Assembly (NCBI GenBank): GCA_949300375.1
Contig: CASGEB010000007.1
Span: 7,439-71,438 of the forward strand
From: an uncultured Pseudomonadota bacterium
Lineage (GTDB): Bacteria > Pseudomonadota > Alphaproteobacteria > RF32 > CAG-239
Length of the DNA: 64,000 nt
Direction of reading: 5' to 3'
Under the pieces are notes generated by a model. The model did no database searches. It worked only from the letters and a program-made list of their open reading frames with translations, and had not been told where the DNA came from. This document shows, in pieces, positions 28,366 to 39,058 of this stretch (the first letter of the stretch is position 1; every line of letters starts with the position of its first letter). A program made the position numbers and the translations under genes.

Positions 28366-31069
28366 CTAGTGCGCCTGCGTCCAGTTGTCTCCGACCCCGA
28401 CTTCGGCAACAAACGGCACAGAAAGGCTGACTGCTCCTTCCATAATTTTTTTAATTATACCAGAGGCCTCTTCAACCTCGTTTTCCGGCGCCTCAAACAC
28501 CAATTCATCATGCACCTGCAGCAGCATTTTAGTTTTTAGTCCGTGTTTTTTAAGTTCGTCCGGTATCCGGTTCATCGCCAGTTTGATTATATCGGCCGCA
28601 CCGCCCTGAATCGGGGCATTAATCGCCGCACGTTCGGCATTGGCGGCCAGACGTTTATTTTTATCGTTAATCCCCATAATTGAGCAGCGTCTTCCAAACG
28701 GCGTCAGGACATAATCATTGGCACGGGCAAAGGTTATCGTATCATCCATATATTTCTTAATTTCGGGCATTTCGCGGAAATAGGCGTCAATATAAGCTTT
28801 GGCATCTTCCGGCGCCACACCGATTTGTCTGGCCAGTCCATATGCGGAAATACCGTAAACAATTCCAAAATTGATGGCTTTGGCGTGACGGCGGGTGTCG
28901 GCATCCACTTTATCATACGGAATCCCAAAAACATGCGATGCCGTTGCCGCATGAACATCCACACCTGCAGCAAAAGCGTTTTTCAGTGCCTTAACATCGG
29001 CAACAGCCGCCAACAGCCGTAATTCTACCTGCGAATAGTCGGAAGAAATGATTTTGCAGCCCGGCCGGGCGATAAAACATTCGCGGATTTTTTTGCCCTC
29101 TTCCGTTCTTATCGGAATATTTTGCAGGTTCGGATTGCTGGAAGCCAGACGCCCGGTATTGGCAACAATCTGACTGAAAGTTGTATGAACGCGAGAGTTT
29201 TTATCCAATAATTCCAACAGGGCATCGCTGTAGGTTGATTTGAGCTTGGCAAGGGCTCGCCAATCAAGGATTTTTTGTGCCAGTCCGCAACCGTCTTCCG
29301 CCAGCTGTTCAAGCACTTCAGCACCTGTTTGCCAGGCGCCTCCCGGTGTTTTTTTGCCTTTCAGCCCCATTTTTCCAAACAAAATTTCACCGATTTGTTT
29401 GGGAGACGAAAGGTTGAATTCTTCTCCGGCAAGATTATAAATTTCCGTTTCCAAAATCCGCATCCGGCTTTCAAAATCAGAGCTGAGGCGGTGCAAGGCC
29501 TGCGCATCGACCATAATTCCCTGCTGTTCCATATCTTTCAATACCGGAATCAGCGGACGGTCAAAACTTTCATAAATATTCAGCAGCCTTTCGGCAAACA
29601 AGCGTGGTTTTAAAACATTATATAACCGCAGCGTGATGTCGGCGTCTTCGGCAGCATAAGCCAGCGCCTTGTTCAATTCCACTTTGTCAAAGGTTATTTT
29701 GTCGCGACCGCTGCCGCAGACTTCCTCATATTTTATTGTCTGGTACCGCAGGAAAATTTCGGCCAATTCATCCATTCCGTGTCCATGAGTCGAACTGTCC
29801 AAAACATAAGAAATGACAGCCGTATCTTCGACCGGTGCAAAAGCGGCGCCTTCTCCGATAACCTGAGTAAAAAAGTGCATATCAAATTTGATATTATGGC
29901 CGATTTTTAAAATGGCTTTGTCAGCAAATAGCGGTGCCAGATGTTTTTTGACCGTTGCAAAATCAAGCTGCCGGATTTTATTGTCAGCCGGAGCAGAAAA
30001 AAGATTCTTCCGTTGCCAGGGAAAAGCCGACAATCTTGTCAAAAACCGGGTTAAACCCTGTGGTCTCAGTATCAAAAGCAAAAAGGCGCTTTTGTTTTAT
30101 TTTTTCCACCCATTTTTTCAGCTGTTCTTCCGTCTGCACCAGCTCATAATGTTTTTCAACCTCTTTAAATACAGTGTTTTGAACATCCTCAGGCAAAGCC
30201 GAACAGCGTTCATCCGCCCATTTTTCAATCCGACTTTTCAGACTGCGGAATCCGTAATCATCTATAAATTTATGCAAAACATCCAAATGCGGCGCCCGGC
30301 AGGAAAAAGCCGTAATGTCTTTTTCAACCGGGACGTCATTTTTTAAGGTTACCAGCTGCAGAGAAATGCGGGCATTGTCAATATTGGCAAGCAGAGTTTC
30401 ACGCCGTTTGTTTTGTTTGATTTCGGACGCACGGTTCAGCACTTCTTCCAATGAACCGAAGTCATTTATCAGCTGCGCCGCCGTTTTCAGCCCGATACCG
30501 GGAACGCCGGGAACATTGTCTATCGAATCGCCGGCCAGCGCCTGCACGTCGACAACCCGTTCCGGATAGACGCCGAACTTTTCTTTAACGTCTTCCGGCC
30601 CGTAGAATTTGTCTTTCATCGGGTCATAATATTCCACACCATCGCGAATCAGCTGCATCAGGTCTTTATCGGCAGACACAACAACAACTTCCATACCCTT
30701 TTCCGTTGCCTGGCGCGCATAAGTCGCAATCAGGTCATCGGCTTCATAGCCTTCCATTTCCAAATAGTTTAAATTCAACGCGTTTGTCGCCTCGCGGATT
30801 ATCGGAAACTGAGGAATCAGTTCTTCGGGGATTTCGGCGCGCGTACCTTTATAATCGGGGAAAATTTCATTGCGGTAATTTCGGCGTTTGGCGTCAAAAA
30901 GCACCAGACAATAATCGCATTTGATATTCTGAGTCAGGCGCAAAAACATATTGGTATAGCCAAATACGGCATTAACCGGTACGCCGGACGGACTGGTCAT
31001 CATCGGAAGACCGTAAAAGGCACGGAAAATATAGCCGGAGCCGTCAATGAGACAAACTTTCTGAGTCAT
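28366..31069 (-). pseudogene. polA: DNA polymerase I, reading frame interrupted once (or a sequencing indel) at an A6/T6 run
   Basis: ORF 29984-31069 gives the 5'-3' exonuclease plus the start of the 3'-5' exo-like domain (FAFDTETTG). ORF 28366-30081 gives the rest (ILKIGHNIKFD, DYSQVELRLLA, QVHDELVFE). The frames differ by +1. Removing one base of the run at 29997-30002 gives a continuous ...GFSLATEESFSAPADNK... Confidence 0.9.
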
Positions 31070-31123
31070 TATTTTTCACTTTGCGAAAGATTAAAACATA
31101 ATGACAATATAGATGATAAAAAC

Positions 31124-31324
31124 CTATTCGCCAACAGATAAAAAGAAAGAACGTTCGAGCTTGTCGACCGCATAAATATCAGAATTGTAAAAATTCTCAT
31201 AATTATCAACATATTCACGCAAAGCCAGAGCAACGCAGTCATCAAAAGTCCGACCGCTTTTTTGAGCAATTTTACAGATTTTATCCTGCAAATCAGCACT
31301 TATTGAAACCGAGACATTACTCAT
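31124..31324 (-). CDS. ribbon-helix-helix (CopG/antitoxin-like) DNA-binding protein
   Basis: 66 aa. N-terminal VSVSISADLQDKICKIAQKSGRTFDDCVALALREYV matches the beta-strand/helix/helix RHH pattern. Confidence 0.6.
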   Translation of the reverse strand: MSNVSVSISADLQDKICKIAQKSGRTFDDCVALALREYVDNYENFYNSDIYAVDKLERSFFLSVGE

Positions 31325-31413
31325 AAATTTTCCCTTAACTTATTTGTGTTATGTATGCATATATTTTTAAAGTATTTATCGAGTCGACGCAAGCAGTTAT
31401 TGAGGTTTTGAAC

Positions 31414-33195
31414 ATGACCAAGCGAAAAAGAAACGCCAAAAAAAGCAAAAAAAGAGTCGCAAAACAACGGTTTACTTTTCGAAAGCTGATTTTATATTTT
31501 GCCGCAGCGCTGGTGATAACTCTGGCTGCTTATATCGGTTATTGTTTTTTTACCCTGCCGGATATTGAAGAAGCGGTTATGCGCACGCGCCAGCCATCGA
31601 CGACCATTATTGCCGAAAACGGCAATGAGATTCAGACTTTCGGACAGGTTTATTCAGAAGTCATTCGTTCCGAAGAGCTGCCGCAATATGTGATTGACGC
31701 GATAATCTCTACCGAAGACCGCCGGTTTTATTCGCATTTTGGTTTTGACATCATTTCTTTTTCGCGGGCAATGATAACCAATATTTTTCTCGGACGCTAT
31801 GCCCAGGGCGGCAGTACGATTACCCAACAAGTGGCAAAAAACCTGTTTTTAACGCCAAACAAGACGATAAAAAGAAAAATTCAGGAACTATTACTGGCTT
31901 TCTGGCTTGAAAACAAATTTACCAAAGAACAAATTTTAACACTGTATCTGAACCGGGTGTATCTCGGCGCCGGGACTTACGGCATTGAAGCGGCTTCACA
32001 GAAATATTTTCAAAAGACGTCGCGGGATTTGAATATGAAAGAAGCCGCCATTATCGCCGGTATGTTAAAAGCCCCGTCGCGCTATAATCCGATTGCTTCG
32101 ATGGAAAGGGCGGAAAACCGCGCCAAAGTGGTTTTACAAAATATGGTTAATACCCAGGTCATCAGCGAAGAAGAAAGAGATGCCGCCCTGAAAATGCGGA
32201 TCGGGCCGGAAAAGTCTTATAAAGTCGAGGGTGCAAAATATTTTGCCGACTGGGTTTATAACGAGACCAACGATTATATCGGAGAAAGAGAAAACGACGT
32301 TTATGTCTATACCACCCTTGACCAGGAGCTGCAGCAAAAAGCGGAAAAAGCACTGCAACGCAATATTGCCGCCAACAGGCATAAAAACGTTACCCAGGGC
32401 GCCGTGGTTATTCTGAATAAGAATGGCGCCGTTTTGGCGATGGCGGGCGGCGTTGATTATGAAAAAAGCCAATTTAACCGCGCGACTCAGGCCTGGCGGC
32501 AGCCGGGTTCGGCCTTTAAGCCCTTTATTTATCTGGAAGCTTTGCAGGAAGGCTGGAAACCGGAAGACAAACTGCAGGACAAGCCTGTCAGCATAAACGG
32601 CTGGAAACCGGAAAATATTTCAAAAAAATATTACGGCGAAGTTACTTTCCGGGAAGCGCTCATTCGTTCCCTCAACCTGGCAACGATTGATCTGGCGCGT
32701 CAGATTTCCATCCCAAAGACCATCAAACTGGCTCGAAAAATGGGCATTACCACGCCTTTGGAAAATTCGGCAGCATTGGCTTTGGGCGTTTCGGAGGTAA
32801 AAGTTCTGGATATGGCGGCTGCTTATGCATCCATAGCCAACGGCGGATATGCCGTCTGGCCTTATGCAATCAAAGAAATTTATACCCGCGACGGTTATCA
32901 GATTTTTATGCGCAGCGCCGAAGAACCAGACAGAATCATTAAAGAAAAATATATTGAGCAATTGACTCCGATTTTGCAAAAAGTGATTGAAAAAGGCACC
33001 GGAAAAGCTGCAAGAATCGGACGTTTTGCAGCCGGAAAAACAGGAACGTCGCAAGATTATCGCGATGCCTGGTTTGCCGGATTTACCGATGATTTAATCT
33101 GCGTGGTCTGGGTCGGCAACGACGACAGCTCGCCGATGAAAGGGATTTCGGGAGGAAATCTGCCGGCTAAAATATGGAAAGAAATTATGCAATAA
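31414..33195 (+). CDS. class A penicillin-binding protein (glycosyltransferase 51 + transpeptidase)
   Basis: EDRRFYSHFGFD and GGSTITQQ (GT51), then SAFKPF (SxxK) and KTGT. ATG 31414 with a GAGG SD is preferred over the track start at 31351. Confidence 0.85.
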   Translation: MTKRKRNAKKSKKRVAKQRFTFRKLILYFAAALVITLAAYIGYCFFTLPDIEEAVMRTRQPSTTIIAENGNEIQTFGQVYSEVIRSEELPQYVIDAIISTEDRRFYSHFGFDIISFSRAMITNIFLGRYAQGGSTITQQVAKNLFLTPNKTIKRKIQELLLAFWLENKFTKEQILTLYLNRVYLGAGTYGIEAASQKYFQKTSRDLNMKEAAIIAGMLKAPSRYNPIASMERAENRAKVVLQNMVNTQVISEEERDAALKMRIGPEKSYKVEGAKYFADWVYNETNDYIGERENDVYVYTTLDQELQQKAEKALQRNIAANRHKNVTQGAVVILNKNGAVLAMAGGVDYEKSQFNRATQAWRQPGSAFKPFIYLEALQEGWKPEDKLQDKPVSINGWKPENISKKYYGEVTFREALIRSLNLATIDLARQISIPKTIKLARKMGITTPLENSAALALGVSEVKVLDMAAAYASIANGGYAVWPYAIKEIYTRDGYQIFMRSAEEPDRIIKEKYIEQLTPILQKVIEKGTGKAARIGRFAAGKTGTSQDYRDAWFAGFTDDLICVVWVGNDDSSPMKGISGGNLPAKIWKEIMQ

Positions 33196-33287
33196 AATGC
33201 GAAAAAAGATATAAAAATTAGTGCTTTTATGTTTGGAATTATTATATATAATGAGAAAAGTTTTATAAAGATGATAAGGAAAAAAAG

Positions 33288-34823
33288 ATGAGACAAAAAC
33301 CAGTTATGCTCTTAATCCTTGACGGATGGGGATACCGCAAGGACATTACCAAAGACAACGCCATCGAGCAAGGACATACACCGAATTGGCACCGTATTTT
33401 GCAAGAGAATCCGCATAGCCTGATTGAAACTTCCGGTTTGGATGTCGGACTGCCGAACGGACAAATGGGAAATTCGGAAGTCGGGCATATGAATTTGGGC
33501 GCCGGACGCGTCGTTATGCAGGATTTGCCGAAAATCGACCTGGCAATCAAAGATGGTTCCATTAATAAGAATCCGGTTGTTGTCGAACTGATTGACACGC
33601 TTAAAAAGAACGGCAAAACCTGCCACGTCATGGGTCTGATGTCGCCGGGCGGCGTTCATTCACATCAGAGCCATATTATTGCAATGTGCAAAATTTTAGC
33701 CGAAAACGGCATTAAGGCCAGGGTTCATGCTTTTTTGGACGGACGAGACACACCGCCGACTTCCGCCAAAGATTTTGTTGCGGAATTTGAAAAAGAAATC
33801 AGCGGTCTGAAAGATGTTAAGATTGCAACGGTTGAAGGGCGTTTTTACGCGATGGACCGCGACAAGCGCTGGGACCGCGTTGAATTGGCTTATAATACAA
33901 TCGCCCTCGGGGAAGGCAAGCATTATGCCACGGCAGAAGAAGCCATTGCCCAATCTTACAAAGACGGCGTTAACGACGAGTTTGTCGTTCCGTGCGTTAT
34001 CGGTGATTATAAGGGAATCGAAGACGGCGACGCCGTTTTGATGTGCAATTTCCGCGCCGACCGCGCCCGGGAAATCTTATATGCACTGGCAGACAAAGAT
34101 TTTAACGGTTTTGTCCGCAAAAAAAACATTGCAACTTCCATTAATGTCGGAATGGCCGAATACTCCGTCGACCACCGCCGTTTTATGAAAACGATTTTCG
34201 GCCCGGAGGCTTTGACCAACATCTTTGGCGAAGTTGTTTCCAAACACGGCTTAACTCAGCTGAGGATTGCCGAAACAGAAAAATATGCGCATGTTACATT
34301 CTTCTTTAACGGCGGCGAAGAACGCGAGTTTGAAGGAGAATCCCGCATTCTGGTTCCAAGCCCGAAAGTCGCAACTTATGACCTGAAGCCGGAGATGAGC
34401 GTGTATGAAGTAACAGATCATCTGGTTGATGCTATTGAAAATCAGCGCTTTGACGTGATTATCTGCAATTTTGCCAACGGCGATATGGTCGGGCATACCG
34501 GTATTATGGAAGCGGCGCTTAAAGCCGTGGCTGCGGTTGACGAATGTCTCGGCAGGGTTGAAAAAGCCATAAAAAGCGCCGGAGGCGTCCTTTTGGTTAC
34601 GGCCGATCACGGTAATGTTGAGAAAATGGTTGACGAGAAAACCGGCGAACCCTATACGGCACATACGGTTGGAAAAGTTCAGGCCGTTCTGGTTAACGAC
34701 AAACAACCGGTCAAAGCTCTGAAAGACGGACGGCTGGCGGATATTTCCCCCACGCTGCTTGATTTGCTCGGAATTGAAAAACCTGCCGAAATGACCGGTT
34801 CTTCATTGATTGAAAAGGCCTAG
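33288..34823 (+). CDS. gpmI: 2,3-bisphosphoglycerate-independent phosphoglycerate mutase
   Basis: 511 aa. LLILDGWG, GNSEVGHMNLGAGR and TADHGN motifs. Confidence 0.93.
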   Translation: MRQKPVMLLILDGWGYRKDITKDNAIEQGHTPNWHRILQENPHSLIETSGLDVGLPNGQMGNSEVGHMNLGAGRVVMQDLPKIDLAIKDGSINKNPVVVELIDTLKKNGKTCHVMGLMSPGGVHSHQSHIIAMCKILAENGIKARVHAFLDGRDTPPTSAKDFVAEFEKEISGLKDVKIATVEGRFYAMDRDKRWDRVELAYNTIALGEGKHYATAEEAIAQSYKDGVNDEFVVPCVIGDYKGIEDGDAVLMCNFRADRAREILYALADKDFNGFVRKKNIATSINVGMAEYSVDHRRFMKTIFGPEALTNIFGEVVSKHGLTQLRIAETEKYAHVTFFFNGGEEREFEGESRILVPSPKVATYDLKPEMSVYEVTDHLVDAIENQRFDVIICNFANGDMVGHTGIMEAALKAVAAVDECLGRVEKAIKSAGGVLLVTADHGNVEKMVDEKTGEPYTAHTVGKVQAVLVNDKQPVKALKDGRLADISPTLLDLLGIEKPAEMTGSSLIEKA

Positions 34824-34830
34824 ATTTTTT

Positions 34831-36093
34831 ATGAAACTGCCTGCCGTTTACAAAACCTTTTTATGGGGATGCTGCTGTCTGGGACTGATGTTTCCGGCAG
34901 CAGATGCGGCGGCGGTTTCTAAAAAAGACCTTGAACTGATGGAGAAAAAAGTTCAGGAACAAAACATAGAACACCGCAAACTCCAGGCTCAGGCGAATCA
35001 GATTAACATTGAACTGGCTTCCGTCAGCCAGGATATGATTGCAACAGCAAAAAAAATCCAAAACAGCGAAGAAAAACTTTCGTCCATGGAAGAACAGCTA
35101 AACAAGCTGCAAGACAGTCTGAAAAAAGCGGAAAGCGATTTTTCATCGGAAGACCGAAATCTTATCCGGACATTGTCCGCCTTGCAAAATCTGGCCTTGA
35201 AACCGACGGAAGCCCTGTTTGTACAGCCGCTGACGCCGGTGGAGATTATCCGCAGCGCCATGCTTTTGCGCGAGACCGTGCCTTATCTGGAAGAAAACGC
35301 CGAGCGAATCCGGGAAGAACTTAGGCAGATTGCCGACAAAAAAAGCCTGGTTGAAAAGCAGGTTGCCCAGATTTCAAAACAGAAAAAAATTCTGGAACAA
35401 GACCATGAGCGGATGAAACGTCTGGTGCAAAAAAAATCAAAAATCAGAAATGCCGTTGAAATTGAAAGTGTAAAAGCACAGCGAAATATGCAAAAGCTGG
35501 CATCGCAGGCACAGGATTTGCGGGAATTGCTGGATAAGCTGGAAAAAGACCGTCTGGCCAAGCAGAAAAAAGCCGAGGCCGAACGCAAAAGGCAGGAAGA
35601 ACTGCGGCGGATTGCCGAGAAAAAAAATGCAAAATCAAAAAAAGAAGAGGAAACTCAAAGTGCTGACTTGATTAAATATAATCAAGAGGTTATAAGTGAA
35701 GTAGGAAAAGGTTTTGCCAAGGCAAAAGGAAAACTGTCCATGCCTGCCAAAGGATCTGTGATTACAGCTTACGGCGAGCAAAAGGTCAAAGGCGTAACAT
35801 CAAAAGGAATTATGATAAAGACCCGCAGCCAGGCTCAGGTTATTGCTCCTTTTGACGGAACCGTTGCTTTTGCCGGACCGTTCAGAGGATACGGGAATCT
35901 GATTATTATTGAGCATGGAGACGGATATTTGTCGTTGCTGGCCGGGTTGGGAAGCCTGAACTGCGAGGTCGGACAGCTGCTTTTGGCAGGAGAGCCGGTC
36001 GGACAAATGCCGGAAAGCAAAGATGCAAAACTTTATGTTGAAATGCGCCGGAACAATAATCCGGTTAACCCGCTTAAATGGATGAAAAATTAA
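34831..36093 (+). CDS. murein hydrolase activator, coiled-coil + M23/LytM domain (EnvC-like)
   Basis: Signal peptide, a long Q/K/E-rich coiled coil, then a C-terminal LytM-like domain (GYGNLIIIEHGDGYLSLLAG). Confidence 0.8.
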   Translation: MKLPAVYKTFLWGCCCLGLMFPAADAAAVSKKDLELMEKKVQEQNIEHRKLQAQANQINIELASVSQDMIATAKKIQNSEEKLSSMEEQLNKLQDSLKKAESDFSSEDRNLIRTLSALQNLALKPTEALFVQPLTPVEIIRSAMLLRETVPYLEENAERIREELRQIADKKSLVEKQVAQISKQKKILEQDHERMKRLVQKKSKIRNAVEIESVKAQRNMQKLASQAQDLRELLDKLEKDRLAKQKKAEAERKRQEELRRIAEKKNAKSKKEEETQSADLIKYNQEVISEVGKGFAKAKGKLSMPAKGSVITAYGEQKVKGVTSKGIMIKTRSQAQVIAPFDGTVAFAGPFRGYGNLIIIEHGDGYLSLLAGLGSLNCEVGQLLLAGEPVGQMPESKDAKLYVEMRRNNNPVNPLKWMKN

Positions 36094-36116
36094 TTTGAAA
36101 AGACAGGAAGAGTAAT

Positions 36117-37409
36117 ATGCTGAAAAAATCATCAATTTGTATTTTGGTATTTTTAGGTTTGCTGGGGGCTGCCGCAGTCAATGCAAAAGAAAACAAAAAA
36201 TCCCAGGAGGAAGATGCCGTTGACACATATGAAATGCTCAACCTGTTCGGCGAGGTTTTGGAGAGAACGAAACTTTCTTACGTTGAAGAAGTCAGCGACA
36301 AAAAGCTTATTGAATCTGCCATTAACGGTATGTTGGTTTCGCTTGATCCGCATTCCAGTTTTTTAGACGCTCAAAGCTTTAAATATATGAATGAGCAGAC
36401 AAAAGGAAAATTCGGCGGGCTCGGGATTGAAGTTACAATGGAGCAAGGCGTGGTTAAAGTTGTTTCTCCAATTGACGATACACCGGCATCGGAAGCAGGG
36501 ATAAAACCGGGCGATTATATTACCCATATTGACGGACGGCAGGTTATGGGACTCAGCCTTAATGACGCAGTAGACAAGATGCGCGGAAAAGTCGGCACAA
36601 AAGTCCGCCTGACAATTGTTCGCGCCAATGAACAGCCGTTTGACGTTGTCGTTAAAAGAGAAGAAATCAAAATCCAATCAGTCAAGAATGATATTAAAGC
36701 CGATGACGTTGTTTATATCCGGATTACGTCTTTTAGCGAAGATGTTGACAAGATGACCGAAAAGGCCATTGAAAAAGCAAAAAAAAGCGTCAAAAATCTG
36801 AAAGGCATTGTGATTGATGTCCGCAATAACCCCGGCGGTTTGCTTGACCAAGCCGTTAACGTAAGCGACTTGTTCCTTGATAAAGGGGAAATCGTTTCTA
36901 CCCGTTCCCGCAACGCCGAAGATACCGTCAGATATTCCGCCCAAAAAGGAGATATTGCCAAAGGACTGCCGATTGTCGTTCTTATTAACAGCGGTTCGGC
37001 TTCGGCTTCCGAGATTGTTGCCGGTGCGCTGCAAGATCATAAAAGAGCGGTTATTCTCGGAGAGAAATCTTTTGGAAAAGGTTCGGTTCAAACGGTTATT
37101 CCTCTTGACAAATACGGCGCAATGCGTTTGACAACAGCCAGATATTACACGCCTTCCGGACGCTCCATCCAAGCAGAAGGAATTACGCCGGATATTATTG
37201 TTCATCCGGCCAAGGTCGAAGTTATAGACAACAGCTTTAACATGAGCGAGGCGGAATTTGACAATGCGTTGAAAAATGATACGAAAAAAGCTTCAACCAA
37301 ACAATCGGACAAGGAAAAAGAGGACGAAGATTTGGAAAAAGATTATCAGCTGTCCAGAGCCGTTGATATGGTCAAGGCTCTTGCCATCTACAGCCAGACA
37401 GAAAAATAG
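36117..37409 (+). CDS. ctpA: carboxy-terminal processing protease (S41)
   Basis: 430 aa. PDZ (GIKPGDYITHIDG), then NPGGLL, SASASEI and KSFGKGSVQ motifs. Confidence 0.88.
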   Translation: MLKKSSICILVFLGLLGAAAVNAKENKKSQEEDAVDTYEMLNLFGEVLERTKLSYVEEVSDKKLIESAINGMLVSLDPHSSFLDAQSFKYMNEQTKGKFGGLGIEVTMEQGVVKVVSPIDDTPASEAGIKPGDYITHIDGRQVMGLSLNDAVDKMRGKVGTKVRLTIVRANEQPFDVVVKREEIKIQSVKNDIKADDVVYIRITSFSEDVDKMTEKAIEKAKKSVKNLKGIVIDVRNNPGGLLDQAVNVSDLFLDKGEIVSTRSRNAEDTVRYSAQKGDIAKGLPIVVLINSGSASASEIVAGALQDHKRAVILGEKSFGKGSVQTVIPLDKYGAMRLTTARYYTPSGRSIQAEGITPDIIVHPAKVEVIDNSFNMSEAEFDNALKNDTKKASTKQSDKEKEDEDLEKDYQLSRAVDMVKALAIYSQTEK

Positions 37410-37418
37410 GAAAACCGG

Positions 37419-38558
37419 ATGTTAAAGAAAATCTGGACATTTTTGATTGCGGCAGCAATTATAGCAGCAGTAGCGGCAACGGGATATTTCTTTGCCAAAA
37501 AGAAAAGCGAACCATTGTATCAGTCAAAAATCGACCGGGTTATGTTTGACAGAAAAAATAAAGTTCCTGGCTTTATTATGCGGCTGCCGGACAAAGAACC
37601 GCCCGAGACCAAAAGGCCGGTTACGCCAAAAGAAGAAGAGGATATATCTCCCAGAGCTCTCGAAGCAAAAGCTTTGCTGGATAAAATCCCTTTGGCGGCC
37701 AAACTTCCGAAGAACAGTGTTCAGATTCCGTTGGAACATATTAATGCCGATAAAAATCTAATTGAAGAAAATGACGGCGTTTTTCTTCCTAAAATCGGAA
37801 GAAACGGAGAAAAAGCCTGGATAGAATACGGAAAGACGGAAGAAGTTCAGCCTAATTTTTACAAGGTATCCGTCATTATTAACGGATTGGGGCTGGATTC
37901 AATGGTTACCAATGCCGCCATAGAAAGCCTTCCGATTAATGTTTCTTTGTCCTTTTCGCCTTATTCTCTCGATTTAGACAAGCAAATCAAAGCCGCCCGC
38001 ACTATCGGGCATGAAACTTATGTTGATTTGCTTTTGCCTTCAAAAAACTTTTTAAAATCGGATACCGGCCCTTTGGCAATGAGTATAACGGCGACATCGG
38101 ACGAAAATATCAACCGGTTGAAAAAATCTCTTAATGTTAACGCTCCTATCGGCGGAATGGTTTTTCAGCGCGGTATTGTTGATGAAGAAAATCCGCAGCG
38201 GATGCAGCAGCTTTTAAAAGAAATTGCAGATATGGGACTGCTGGCTGTTGACGCTACCGGAGAATCCCATATGGAAAAAATTACTTATAACGGCTTACCG
38301 AGAAAAAAAGCCGACATTGTCATTGACAGTTACTTTACCCGGGAAGATATTGACGAGCGTTTGAAAGAAGCGGAAAGAATAGCTCAAAACAACGGCAGCG
38401 TCTTAGTGGTAGCAAACCCCAAACCGGTTGTTTTATATGCCATAAAAGACTGGGTTTCTTCTTTTTCGCCGCAGATTTCCGATTATAAAGAAATAAAAAA
38501 CACTATTATAGAAAAACCGCTGGCTTTGGTTCCGGTATCAAATATCGTGGTGGAATGA
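37419..38558 (+). CDS. divergent polysaccharide deacetylase family protein (YibQ-like)
   Basis: 379 aa. N-terminal TM, then a C-terminal domain resembling the YibQ family. Its position after envC-like and ctpA matches what I recall as the usual proteobacterial arrangement. Confidence 0.65.
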   Translation: MLKKIWTFLIAAAIIAAVAATGYFFAKKKSEPLYQSKIDRVMFDRKNKVPGFIMRLPDKEPPETKRPVTPKEEEDISPRALEAKALLDKIPLAAKLPKNSVQIPLEHINADKNLIEENDGVFLPKIGRNGEKAWIEYGKTEEVQPNFYKVSVIINGLGLDSMVTNAAIESLPINVSLSFSPYSLDLDKQIKAARTIGHETYVDLLLPSKNFLKSDTGPLAMSITATSDENINRLKKSLNVNAPIGGMVFQRGIVDEENPQRMQQLLKEIADMGLLAVDATGESHMEKITYNGLPRKKADIVIDSYFTREDIDERLKEAERIAQNNGSVLVVANPKPVVLYAIKDWVSSFSPQISDYKEIKNTIIEKPLALVPVSNIVVE

Positions 38559-39058
38559 TGAACAAATTATATCGGCCAAACGCGGGAATCGTGCTTTTTA
38601 ACCGGGAGGGAAAAGTTTTTGTTTGCGCCCGCGCCGACAAACAAGATATGCAATGGCAATTTCCACAAGGCGGAATTGATGACGGGGAAACAGCAGAACA
38701 GGCTGCTGTCAGAGAGTTGAAAGAAGAAACAGGCATAACATCGGCAAAATTTGTTTATGCCGCTCCGCAAACCGTAAAATACGACTATCCGCCATTCGTT
38801 TTAAAAAAATTTCAAAAGCTCGGCCGGCCGCATATCGGACAGGAACAACATTGGTTTTTATTTTTTTATGACGGCGCGGAAAAACCTGATTTTACAACGC
38901 ATCTGGAAGAAATTGAATTTAAAGCTTACGATTGGGTCGGATTTGACGAGGCGGTTAAAAGAATTATCGGTTTTAAAAAAGAAAGTTATCAATATGCTCA
39001 AAATGTTTTTGAACCGGTAATCGCCGCTTATCTTAAAAAAGAAGAAAAAACTAACTAA
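38555..39058 (+). CDS. rppH: RNA pyrophosphohydrolase (Nudix)
   Basis: 167 aa. YRPNAGIVLFN start and Nudix box GGIDDGETAEQAAVRELKEETG. Confidence 0.85.
   Translation: MMNKLYRPNAGIVLFNREGKVFVCARADKQDMQWQFPQGGIDDGETAEQAAVRELKEETGITSAKFVYAAPQTVKYDYPPFVLKKFQKLGRPHIGQEQHWFLFFYDGAEKPDFTTHLEEIEFKAYDWVGFDEAVKRIIGFKKESYQYAQNVFEPVIAAYLKKEEKTN

Noticed and set aside
30001-30081. Met start of the second polA ORF (MLLILRPQGLTRFLTRLSAFPWQR...)
   Set aside because: These codons are an out-of-frame reading of the region that encodes FAFDTETTGFNPVFDKIVGFSLA in the upstream ORF. They are not a genuine independent start.
31069-31299. 76-aa minus-strand ORF overlapping the RHH gene in another frame
   Set aside because: Hydrophobic low-complexity translation. 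The overlapping 66-aa frame gives a textbook RHH fold pattern.
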